Shown piece by piece: positions 11,121 through 21,850 of a stretch of DNA of 64,000 bases. Each line of letters begins with the position of its first letter. Within the stretch, counting starts at the first letter, position 1. This stretch comes from the human T2T-CHM13v2.0 reference genome, Homo sapiens. The DNA lies in the NCBI RefSeq assembly GCF_009914755.1, contig NC_060929.1; one strand, given 5' to 3'. The translations under genes were made by a program, and so were the position numbers. The notes beneath the pieces were generated by a model. That model saw only the letters and a list, made by a program, of their open reading frames with translations. It did no database searches and was not told the DNA's origin.

Positions 11121-13379
11121 CTGGGAAGTTGGAACATGGACACACAGGCTCAGCTTCAGTCAGAGACCTCTGTGGCTCCCTGAGCCCAGACACACTTGCC
11201 CACCTCAGGGGCCCTGTGCCTGTTCATACAATCACTCTGCCCAAGCCAGGATGGAGCCAAGGCTGGAATTGGTGTGGAAGGTCATGAGCTTAGTCTCTCT
11301 CATACTCTGAATAGAACATGCCACCCACTCTGTCTGACTTTTGGATTTCTGTAGTATAGATATATCTGTCCTTGTCTATGCAAGGGATAAGGCATGCTGG
11401 CTTGCAGGGTGGGGATTTGGTAATCTTTTGGTTATTTGGAGACAACTTGGCCCTGCTTCTTGGAAAGGAAAGGGTAGACAGACTGGCTACATTTTCCTTG
11501 TATCTGACAGTCACACAACAAACCCTTGCTGAATCCTCCTTTGAGCCAAGCAGGGAACCAGCTGCTGGGGAGAAGCAGATTCAACAACGAACCGAGCCCT
11601 GACTCTTGGGAGCACCCACTGGTGGAGGAGAGAGGTGTTTCTAGCATCAGGATGTGTGGAAGGACACAGAAGGAGGATGCTTAGCCTAGTCCTGGCCACC
11701 AGAAAGGCTGCCTAGAAACCCTGGTGAAGAGTAAACAGCTAGCACATTCCGAGTGGTTACTATGGGCACTTGCTGGAAGGCCACTCACAATGGCCAGCTT
11801 TGTTCCTGCATGGGTTTGAGGAACACAAACTCTGCTATGTCCACCAGCACCCTGTGGCCCAGGACCTGCCATCATCTTCAACAGGAACCAAGGGTTGAGT
11901 GGATTTGAATAACTAATTATACATTCTCTGGGTACCAGGCTTTTGCTCACATTATTTCTCTCCTAAGAATGCATCTTCCATCCCAAACTCTGTGTCCAAA
12001 TACTGCCCACGGTTCAAGGCCCTGTTCAAGTGTTACCTCTCCTGTGAAGCTCCCTTCCCTGGGGAAGGTGACCTTTCGCTGCCTTCTGACTCCCACAACA
12101 GGGGGAATCCCCCAGGACACCTGGCCAACCTTACTCTCCATTCATTCCATCTTTGCATTTCATGCCCAAGTTCTGTGGGCCCTTGTCCTGTCTTCCCTGA
12201 GTTCCTCTCTTCCTGCCCCTGAGGCCTCCCAAGGGCTGGGTATGGTCTGGGCTGTGGTTCTTGCTGCCCCATGTTCCACTGCCCCATACAAATAGGGCCT
12301 GGCCACCATAAATGTCCAGGGGCACATTTGCCGAGTGGCTAAATGAGAAGCCCACACACACACATGGTGAAATCACCCAGAGAGACCACAAATGGGATCA
12401 TGTCTCAAAGGCTGTGGGACAGCGAGCCTGTTGCAGGTGGCTTGAACTCAATGTCCCTCCAGGTCTTGAACCTGCTGCCCCTCCTGCCTTTTAGATGCAG
12501 TAGGTTAATGGCTGAGACCTTTTAGTCTGATAGTGAGGGCACCCTTTCACTATCAGAGGCCTGAGGGCACCCCCTTTCCCCTAAGGCACAGACACACATA
12601 TGCCTCTACCCACACCCCATCTGGCCATAGTCTGCCGAAAGCCTTTCTTTTTTTTCTTTTTTTTTTTTTTCTGAGATGGAGTCTCACACTGTCACCCAGG
12701 CTGGAGTATAGCGGCATGATCTTGGCTCATGGTAGCCTCCGTCTTCCAGGTTCAAGGGATTCTCCTGCCTCAGCCTCCCCAGTAGCTGGGATTACAGGTG
12801 CCCGCCACCATGCCCAGCTAATTTTTGTATTTTCAGTAGAGACGGGGTTTCGCCATGTTGGCCAGGCTGGTCTCGAACTCCTGACTTTAGGTGATCCGCC
12901 CGCCCCGACCTTCCAAAGTGCTGGGATTACAGGCGTAAGCCACCACGCCCAGCCAGAAAGCCTTTTCTCGAGGTATGCGTTACAGGCTGAGCCCAGGACA
13001 GGTGGGCTGGGCAACCCATGCTGTCAGGCCTGGCTGGAAACTCAAGAGTTCACTCCCAGAAACTAATATCACGGCACAGAGACCCTGAAAGAATCCCTCA
13101 GGAAGAAAGATTCACAGTTGCTGTGTGGCCTTACTCTCTGCTCCAACCAGAGCTAACAGAAATCTCCCACTAAAGAGGAGCCCATCCACGACAGGCTGTC
13201 CCGTGTCTTTTGGATCCCAGGTGTTCTGGGGAAACAGAAACCCAGCCCTACAAATCCAGCCTTTGGGACGGGGCAGGAGGAAGACACTCCAGAATGTGTG
13301 TCTCAGGGGAGCCCTCCTCCCAGCCCCACCAGGCCCTCCCTTCTCCCCATGGGTTCAAGCCCCTCTGGCTTCAACTTAC
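11121..13379 (-). other. TIFAB: Predicted TIFAB intron 1 (in the 5'UTR)
   Basis: On the minus strand, a perfect donor AAG|GTAAGT at 13380/13379 and an acceptor TCCATGTTCCAACTTCCCAG| ending at 11121, 10 nt upstream of the ATG. A weaker alternative donor GAA|GTATGT lies near 13502. Confidence 0.7.
12648..12954 (-). mobile_element. AluS element in TIFAB intron 1 (sense to TIFAB)
   Basis: Poly-T head and full dimer, flanked by TSD-like GAAAGCCTTT at 12637 and 12956. Confidence 0.95.
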
Positions 13380-13570
13380 CTTATTGCCGGGGCACATCTG
13401 GCTCTAGTCCTGCAGCTGTGAGCTCTTGAGAGGGAGTAGGCTGGTTTGGGTAGGGCTGGGAGGGCTCCTATGGCTGCAGTTCAGGAACGTGGCAGAACAT
13501 ACTTCAGTTTTGTTGCATTCTTCCTTTTTCCCTTTAGGAAAGAAAATAGAAGTGTAATTTTTCATTGCAG
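13380..13570 (-). promoter_or_regulatory. TIFAB: TIFAB non-coding exon 1 and proximal promoter (TSS approximate)
   Basis: Unique sequence upstream of the donor, carrying ETS/PU.1-like purine tracts (GAAAAAGGAAGAA on minus, AAAATAGAAGTG on plus) and a C/EBP-like ATTGCAGAAG. The TSS cannot be fixed from sequence alone. Confidence 0.5.
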
Positions 13571-14179
13571 AAGTGCAATTCCACTGCTGAGAGTTTGAGA
13601 AACCCCAGCGTGGGGCCCCTTCTGAGACAGATGGCCTGCCTTCCTGGGTTTCAGTTCTGCCAGCCTCTCCTACCCCACCCCCAGGGACCTTAGGACCTGC
13701 ACCCAGGGTATCTGCAAAGTTCCTCTCCACCTGCCAGTAGGATGGGGTCAAAGCAGCCCAGGCATGTTAGAAAAGAAGAGCTTTTTGGGACAGATGGCTA
13801 CGGGACAGGAGAGTCCCCTGAGTGTGGGAGAATGAGGAGAGCGTTCTGGCTGGATAGAGGTTGGCCAAGGAAACTGTAGGCAACATGGCACTTCCCTGAG
13901 GGTCTCAGGAGAGGGCAGGGCCTGGGGACGGGGAGGATGGAGAGGGCAGTAAATGGCCACTCATAGAACATGATCTCTCCTGCAGAACAGTGAGAAGGTG
14001 GTCTCTCATGCCCACTCCCCATCGCCCGAGCTCTGCCTATTTGCATGCAGTTTGGAAGGGGTGAAGATGGTCGCTTGTCCAGCACTGCGGGCTCTGGCTG
14101 CCCTGGAATGTGAAGGTGCTAACCCTTCACGTAGCCCAGCATTTCATAGTCCACCAGTGTGTTCAAGTCACCTGCGTTA

Positions 14180-15250
14180 TCTCCTAGGAGTTTTATAGTT
14201 CTATACGTACATTTTAATTTTTCTGACATGTGTAAGGTTTGTGTCTAGATTTTTTTTTTTTTTGGCTTATAGGTGTTCAGTTGTCTCAGCACCATTTTCC
14301 GAAATGACCATGTTTTTTTTCCTTCAGTGTTTTCTCTTTACTCCTTTGTCAAAGATTGGTTGACTGTATTCATGTGGGTTTATTTCTGGGCTCTCTACTT
14401 TGTATCATTGATCTATTTGTCTATTTTTTCACCAATACCTTACTGTCTTGATTGCTGCAGCTCTGTAGTAAGTCTTGAAGTTGGGTACTGCCAGTCCTTC
14501 AATTCTGTTCTTCTCTTTCAATTTTGTCTTGGCTCTTTTGAGTTGTCTGTCTATATAAATGTTAGAATCAGTTTGTTAATAGCCACAAAATAACTCGCTG
14601 GGATTTTGACGAGACTTCATCAAATCTATCAATAAAGGAGGGAAGAACTGACATCCTGACAGTATTGAATCTTCCTATTCATGGACATGGGATATCTCTC
14701 TATTTGTTCAGTTCTTTGATTTCCTTCATCATAGTTTCATGGGTTTCCTCATATAGATCTTGTATATGTTTTGTTAGATTTATACAGAAATATTTCTTTT
14801 TTGAATATTAATGGAAATGGCATTGTGTTTTTTATTTCAAATTCCACTTGTTCATTGCTGGCATATAGGAAAGTAATTGATTTTATGTATTAATCTTGTA
14901 TCCTGCAATCGTCCGTTAATCACTTACTAGTTCCAGGAGCTTTTTTGTCAATTCCTTTGGATTTTCTACATGGACAATTACGTCATCTGCAAATAAAGAC
15001 AGTTTTTTTCTTCCTTCCCAATATGTATACCTTTTTTTCCTTTTTAATCTTACTTCATTGGTTAAAACTTTTTGGTTAAACGATGTTGAAAAAGAATAGT
15101 GAGAGGAAATGTCCTTGTCTTGCTCCTGATCTTAGTGGGAAAATTTCTGGTTTCTTATCAGTAAGTATGATGTTAACTGCAGGATTTTTGCAAATGTTCT
15201 TTTTCAAATTGAGGATGTTTTCATTTATTCCTGGTTTGTTGAAGATATTT
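14180..15250 (-). mobile_element. Old L1M ORF2 (reverse transcriptase region) fragment
   Basis: Minus-strand translation KNPAVNIILTDKKPEIFPLRSGARQGHFLSLFFFNIV resembles L1 ORF2p [36 protein letters not shown]. It carries many stops. Confidence 0.9.
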
Positions 15251-15254
15251 TGCT

Positions 15255-16030
15255 CTAAAGTAACCGCCAACCTAGAATTCCATGCCCAGATAAAGAATCC
15301 TTCAAAAATAAAGATGACATAAAGTCATTTTCACACAAAAACTGAAGAATTTGCCAACAGTACACCTACTCTAAAGTAAATTCTAGTGTTCTTCAGGCAG
15401 AAGAAAAGTAATCCCAAATGAAAGCATAGAAATGTAGAAGAAAATGAAGAGCAATGGAAATGGATATATTCATATAAATCAAAGTGAATATTAACCATAT
15501 GAAAAACAATAATAATGACATTTTATTTTTGAAACTTATTTTAGTTTCAGGGGTACATGTGAAGGTTTGTTACATATGTAAACTTATGTCATGGGGGTTT
15601 GTTTTACAGATTATTTCATCACCCAGGTATTAAGCCCCGTACCCAATAGTAATCTTTTCTGCTCCTCTCCCTCCTCCCACCCCCCACCCTCAAGTAGACC
15701 CCAGTGTCTGTCGTTTCCTTCTTTGTGTTCATGAGTTCTCATCATTTAGCTCCCACTTATAAGTGAGAACATGTAGTGTTTGGTTTTCTGTTCCTGTGTT
15801 AGTTTGCTAGTAGGATGATGACATTTTAAAATGTATTTAGAATATATGTATAATTAAAGTATATGACAACAATAACATCAAAAGTGGGAGGGGTAAAAAT
15901 GTAATTATAGTGTCCCAAGGTCCTTGCATTGTCCAGGATGCAATAAAACTACAATTTAAGGTAGACACTAATAAGTCAAAGGTGCATGATATAATCTCTA
16001 GGATAATCAGTAAAAGAATAATAATGTCTT
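15255..16030 (+). mobile_element. L1M ORF1 3' end / HAL1-like fragment, interrupted by a younger L1
   Basis: CAACCTAGAATTCCATGCCCAG...TCCTTCAAAAATAAAGATGACATAAAGTCATTTTCACAC resembles the ORF1p C-terminal coding region (PRIxYPAKLSF..EGEIK.F). Confidence 0.6.
15525..15815 (-). mobile_element. 5'-truncated primate L1PA (old subfamily) 3' end
   Basis: GGGGTACATGTGAAGGTTTGTTAC...TCATCATTTAGCTCCCACTTATAAGTGAGAACATG, flanked by the direct repeat ATGACATTTTA (TSD) on both sides. Confidence 0.9.
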
Positions 16031-18817
16031 AGTGACAAGCTAATAGATGGGAAGTGGAGTAATACATTAGCAATGACAATGAAGGCTGAGAAGCCTTGGA
16101 AAGGCACAGTGGAACAGGGAGGACATCCAAGTAGGGAGGATGAGGACAGCCCCAGACCAGGCCTGCACCTGGGTTGGGTAAAATTGAAGGGGAGAAGAAG
16201 GGCTCCAGCACTGGCTCTTCCTGGGCAGATACTGACCCATTCCAGTAGCTCACCTCCTGCCTTCTTCTAGGCTGAGGCACTTGGGACCCTTCAGCATGGT
16301 GGCCTTGGAGGCTGTTTCCTCTAAGGGTCTCTAAGTCTGCTCTTCTCCGGGCGGTGGGCTGCTACTCTGGAGGCCTCACTGGTTACTCTTGGGCCTTTTC
16401 TGACCACCCTGAGATCCTCAGGGCCAGATGCTCAAATAACTGACCTGGAAGCTCAGCGAAGGGAAGTGACCAGCCAAGGTTACACAGCAAATCTGTAGCA
16501 CAGCTGGGTGAGGACTTAGGTGAGCTGACTTCCAGTCCCCTGGCCTAGCCACAATACACCTCCATGGTCCAGATAGCTTGATAGCTGTGCCACATACTCC
16601 CTCTGGGTCATACTTGGGGCCAGTCATATGGGTCTGGAAACAAATGTGGCTCCTGGTCCCTCGATAGCAAGCTAAGCAGAGAGGTGGGGGATCTGGGGGG
16701 AGGGCAGTGAGGGGCAGGGCTAGCCCCCAGAACCACAAGATCTTTGGTGGCAGACCAAGCAAGACAGGTGACTGAAGCTCAGTGAAGGCCCCATCATGGT
16801 CTTTACATCTCTCCAATTGCCTTTTCTTGTATTCTTCCCCCATCTCCTGTACCTTGGCTCTTCCTGGTACTGGGGAAGGGTAGGGAGCAAAGCTCAGATC
16901 ACTGAGAAAATCCTCTCCTGACAATTCTTGGGGACTTGCTATGACTCCTTCTCTAGAAACCTATGGAAGGCAGTAGTAACCTAAAGGAGTAGTTCTAAGA
17001 GCATGCCAGACCTGCTGCTTGCTCTGTGCAGGAGAGAAGCCAAGTGCAGGCAAGGTAGCTAGAATGATCAAAAACCCGAATGGCCACTCCAAGGTGGGAG
17101 AGAAGCCATGTGTAGGCTAGGCAGCTAAACTTGATCCCAGGCCTCTTGCCGGCACCACACCCCTACTCAGGGCAGTGATAGACAGATGAATGACCGAAAA
17201 CCCAAATGGCTACATCAAGGCACTTCAAGGGCTGCAAAGGCACATAGATGGGGCTGAGCCTACTGTGCGAAGGTGGCTGGCCATGCTCCAGGGCCTTTCC
17301 TCTCATCAGTCTCCCTGGTCCAAAGACCACCTGGCCTGCTGAGCATCCCTAAACCCTGGGCAAGGGCCTCATCTTCAGGGCTCCAGTCTGGGCAAGACCT
17401 CAGTGATCCCCAGTTATTTCTGCCCACCAGCAGAGTAAGGTAGTGGGCAGAAGCCTGGTAGGGAGCTTTGTCATCTCTAGATATGTGACCTCAGGCAAGT
17501 CCTATCTCTTCCCTGGGCCTATTTTCCTCCCACTGCCTTCTGTTGTAATCGTGAGTCATGAGGGGAGGGCTATGTCCGTGCTCACAGCCCTGGCGTGGGA
17601 GGGTGACTGGCGAGAGGACATGTGTTCATGGTGCCTGTGTCCTTCATAACTTGGGTCACAGCAGTTTCCAACAAGAAAGAGAACTGAAACAACCAGGGAA
17701 TTCCCTGGCAAGGAGAAGTCCTGCCCAGTCTGCATCTTTCAGAAGCCAGGAGGAATGCCCCAGGTTTGTGGGTAGGAGTATGCATACACAGTGCTGGTTG
17801 TTGGCTTTCCGGAGGCAGATGGGAGCTGGAAGTCTCACGAAGGGAGAGTAAGAGCCCGAAGGGTAAGAGCTGGGGAAGTGCCGGTTTCACTCAGCCTGGC
17901 TCCCTTGGCTAGGACAGCCTCTGGTTGGGTGTTGGGCATCTGGTGTTGGGATCCTGGGACATATTACATCAGTCAGCAAATGTCCCCCATCATGTGCTCA
18001 GGGAGGGCTCAGGGACAGAACAATTGCCTCCCCAGGCAACCCCTGAAACTCCCACCTCCAGGGCTTTCTCCAACATTAGACCAGTGAGGCTTCTGCAGCC
18101 AGACGGACTCAGGTCTGAGGCTTGGCTCCTACGTGCAACAACTCAAGCAAGTTATGCAGCCTTTCTGCACCTCAGTTTTCTGCTCTGTAAAATGGGGACA
18201 AATTGCTGTTGTTGTGAGGACTCAATGAGATATGTGGAAAGTGCCAAGCACGCGGTGAGAATTGATAAGTGAGAACTGCTCTTAGTAGAACCCTTGATGG
18301 TAGAGCAAAAATGCACCCTGGGGATACGGGCTGTCAGAGGAGACTTAACAACTGCGCACACAAAACCTAAGTTTTCAGACAGCTCCAGTTTTTGCTTAAA
18401 ATAAGCATGGCTTTAGAGTTGAATTCCTAATGTGCATGAGTTTCCTATAAATTCCATTTTATATTATAATAAAGTAAAAGGAAGTCTCCAAGTAATTGCT
18501 GGGACCTGTATCCTTGACGTCCAGGAAGGCTCTCCATCTCACAAATGAGGAAGCTGGGGCTCAGAGCAGGTAGTTGATTTGCTCAAGGTCATCCTTCTGG
18601 GAAGTTTCGGAGACAGGATTTGAACACAGTCTCTGAGACTCTTGGGTTTAACCATGAAGCTTTCAGGCCTCAAAGGTAGGGTGTCTCTGGAGTCCAGCTG
18701 CCTGGCCTTCTCAAAATGTGTGCTCCAGCCCGCTGGCCACCAGTGACACTCAGCGGAGAGTACCTGGTTCCAGCCCTAGCAAGCTAACGTGGCTGGCCGC
18801 TGAGTCCCGATAGCCTG

Positions 18818-18836
18818 TGGCCACCAGGTGGCAGCA
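18818..18836 (+). promoter_or_regulatory. CTCF motif, forward orientation
   Basis: TGGCCACCAGGTGGCAGCA is a near-perfect match to the CTCF core consensus and lies in a locally CpG-containing context. Confidence 0.7.
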
Positions 18837-20842
18837 TCCCTAAACCCACTGATCCTCTCTTGGGGCCCAAGAGGGAGGATAGTTTGAAAGGTTGGGGAAG
18901 CCATGGCAGGAGGCTGCGCTGGAGGAGGGAGAGGGGTCCTCCTTTCTCTGAGTCAAAATGCCCTGAATGGACCCCAGGTGAATCCACACCCAATGCCCCT
19001 CCCACTCATAATGAGCATGGAGCTAAGAGTAGGAGTCAGAGCAGAAGCAGGGGAAGCAGCCACTCAGCAGTGTGGATTGTTTGTAACAGTATAAATCTCA
19101 GGGAAGTGTTAATGAGAGGATCGATGAATCTTCTATGCCATGAGCTCCCTGCCAGGCTTGGATTCTGCCATTTCCTGCCCATGAACTGGATTCTGTGCCA
19201 CTCGCTCACTGAGCTTTCCCAAGTATTCCTGGTGTCACAAATTTTGGGGGCAAGGGTTATGTGATTATTATGTTTCTTTTTCCCCCACCATGGGCTTCTA
19301 CGTAAAGCTGTGGCCAGACCATCACCACCAAACACTGTTTCTAATGAGTTTGGGTCACAGACTCAAAGCCCACAGCAAAGTTCTGCGTTCCCAATATGGT
19401 AGGTGCACAAAACCCAGAGGGTCCACAGCATTTCTGGACTTTTGTATTGACTCCTCATTTAAAACTCTTTCCAGAAAGCCGATTCATTACAATGCTGGCT
19501 AATACCCACAGGAACACTGAACTCCACTGTGTGGGAGCTTGAGGGGCCTGTGCTGCCCATGCCGAGTGTCCACCATCTCACACTGCTTCTAACACCTTCA
19601 AGCCATCTCCTGAATCTGGAATAGTCATCATGAGCTGGAGGCTTCCTCAGAAGAACCCTAAAATCAAGGGGGATTCTGGTGCCAAGAAAAATAGCCCAAC
19701 CCAGCTTCACAGCTGTGAGCCTCCAATGCGCCCCAGGAAGCTGCCATCACCATGGGTAGCGCGACCTGGCTTGATTTTGCCAAAACAAAGGAAAATTCCT
19801 CCAGCAATTTCTGTGAATTTGTTTTGCAAAACTGAATTGTCTGCTTTTAATTCCCCTATACCAATTAAATAAAAATTGGAATTTAAAATCCAGTGAATGA
19901 CAGAAACCTCACTTTGGAGTGGATGACAGACCCCACGCAACCTGGGGTCTGGGGTAGAGAAGTGAGATGCTGGGAACTTCCAGGGAGTGGCGGCTTTGGT
20001 GGCAGGCTCCCTAGGTTTTGGGGCTCCTGGACCATCCTTATGTGTACATGTGCTCTGAACCCATGGGACTAATAGCTGACCACGAACAGAACAGCAGCGA
20101 GGCAGGAGCTTGATGCTTGCCAGATTTCAGCTTCAAGACTCTGCCCCACATGCCTCTAAAGCCAAATTCCTGTGTGTTTATTTGTGTTTCCCATGGGGCT
20201 CCTGGATCTCTTCCCAAGGAGGAGGCTAGGCCCAGAGAGACCCTGGCTTCCTCTGCACCCAACCCTGGGTGGCTCTGCACCAGTAGGGCAAGTGCCATGG
20301 GAGGAGTCCTGGTGAGCTGCCAAGGCATGCCTCGGGGTGGAGGAGGGCTTCCTTGAGGAGCTGATACCAATGCTGAGTCTTAAAGAACCGGTAGGAGTGG
20401 CTAAGTTGATAAGGAGAAGAGGACATTCCAAGAGGGGGACCTGCTCGAGCAAAGGAGCAGAAATGTGGGAGAGCCGGCAACCCCAGAGGACTACAGGGAG
20501 TTGGATCAGGCTGCTTCTTCCCAGGCTGTTGCAGAGGCACTTGAGGTTTCTGCTGTATTAGCCCCGAGCCCTCTTGGGTCCTCCCTCCAGTCTCTCCCCG
20601 ACTCTTCCAAAGCCCTAGAGGCCGGATGATGTGGCATGTTGACCTTCATCACCTAGTTTGTTTTCCTGTCTCTGCTGTCCTGCTGAGTGTCCTACATCTT
20701 AGGGCACAGCCACAGCCCCTCATAAAAAATATGCAGTCACTGCCCCCAGGACACAGGAGGCCATCAAAGTAAGGAGGTCAAGTGTCCAGCTGTAAGCTTG
20801 GGACATGTCACATCCAGAGAACCTGAAACCTGGGTTCTTCGG

Positions 20843-21054
20843 GAGGCAGTGTGGCTCAGTGGCCAAGATCATGGGCTCTGGGGTCAGGGAGACTGAGTTC
20901 CAATCCCAGCACCACCTCTCATGAGCCAAGGGAATTGGGCAAGTCATTTAACCTCATGGAGCCACAGTTTTTCTCTGTAAAATGTCGACAGAGTAAAGAT
21001 TAAATGAGATTGTGTTTCTAAAGCACAGAACATGGAGCCTGCTAGAGTGAGAGC
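20843..21054 (+). mobile_element. MIR SINE whose 3' end hosts the MER85/MADE1 insertions
   Basis: GAGGCAGTGTGGCTCAGTGG...TTGGGCAAGTCATTTAACCTC...CTGTAAAATG...GATTAAATGAGAT. Confidence 0.8.
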
Positions 21055-21058
21055 TTAA

Positions 21059-21188
21059 CCCATTTATGCCTGAGGTTGCAATTTTTTGAATTTTTGCAAT
21101 CAGACCTTGGTAATGACCTTGAGCAGTAGGATATAGATAACTCCCACATGCTTAGCATTCCAATAATGGAACACTAGGCATAAGTGGG
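21059..21188. mobile_element. MER85 MITE (piggyBac/PGBD3-derived)
   Basis: TIRs CCCATTTATGCCT and AGGCATAAGTGGG. Flanks are TTAA (21055-21058) and TCAA (21189-21192). Internal imperfect palindrome ATTCCAATAATGGAAC at 21157-21172. Confidence 0.93.
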
Positions 21189-21194
21189 TCAATA

Positions 21195-21273
21195 GTAGGT
21201 TGGTGCAAATGTAATTGTGGTTTCGCCATTATTTTCGATGGCAAAAACCGGAATTACATTTGCATTAACCTAA
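21195..21273. mobile_element. MADE1 MITE (Hsmar1 mariner-derived)
   Basis: 79-bp palindrome TAGGTTGGTGCAAATGTAATT...AATTACATTTGCATTAACCTAA with a TA target duplication at 21193-21194 and 21274-21275. Confidence 0.93.
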
Positions 21274-21434
21274 TAACTATCCCTCACTGTGATCAGTATT
21301 GATTGACTGACTGCACCTGGATGAAGAGAGACAAAGTGGCAATCTACTATTTTGTCTTTTCCAGATTCATTACATTATTTCATTTTACTAAATTTTTCTC
21401 TCTACATATTCTCTCTCTTTCTCCCTCTCTCTGT

Positions 21435-21850
21435 TATTTTGAAAACTTGGATCTCAAGCAGTGGCTTGAACAAGAGTCACCTAATAGGCCAGGTGTGAGC
21501 AGCCCAGGGCCCCGATGGCTGCTCCACAGTGTCGGCAACCCAGCCTCCTTCCCCCTTGCCACGCTGCCGACCCTAGAGCATTGCCCTTGCCCATGTGGCC
21601 TCACATGGCTCACCCCCACCATACCCACATCCAAACAGGGGGAACTGGCAGGGGGCAAGCGTGGAGCACATCCTTTCCTTCGGAAGATGCGTCCTGGAAA
21701 TTGCCCAATCACTTCTGCTTGCATCCTGTTGGCTGGTCTCAGGGAATGGCTAGTCCTAGCTGTCAGGGTGCCTGGGAGCTGTGTGATCAATGACAAAAGG
21801 AGGGTTCTATTATTATAGGAGAAGGGGAAATAGATATTGAAAGACAACAG
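21435..21850 (-). mobile_element. Old MLT1 (ERVL-MaLR) LTR
   Basis: CAGTGGCTTGAACAAG...ATCACTTCTGCTTGCATCCTGTTGGC...CCTAGCTGTCAGGG...GGAGAAGGGGAAATAGATATTG. Confidence 0.6.

Noticed and set aside
11111-11143. 11-aa N-terminal extension of TIFAB in the ORF track (172 aa)
   Set aside because: It uses a non-ATG start lying beyond the AG acceptor at 11122-11121, i.e. in the intron.
12533-13066. 177-aa ORF and similar Alu ORFs (32271-32736, 42281-42671, 61153-61547)
   Set aside because: Standard Alu translations (e.g. [23 protein letters not shown]).
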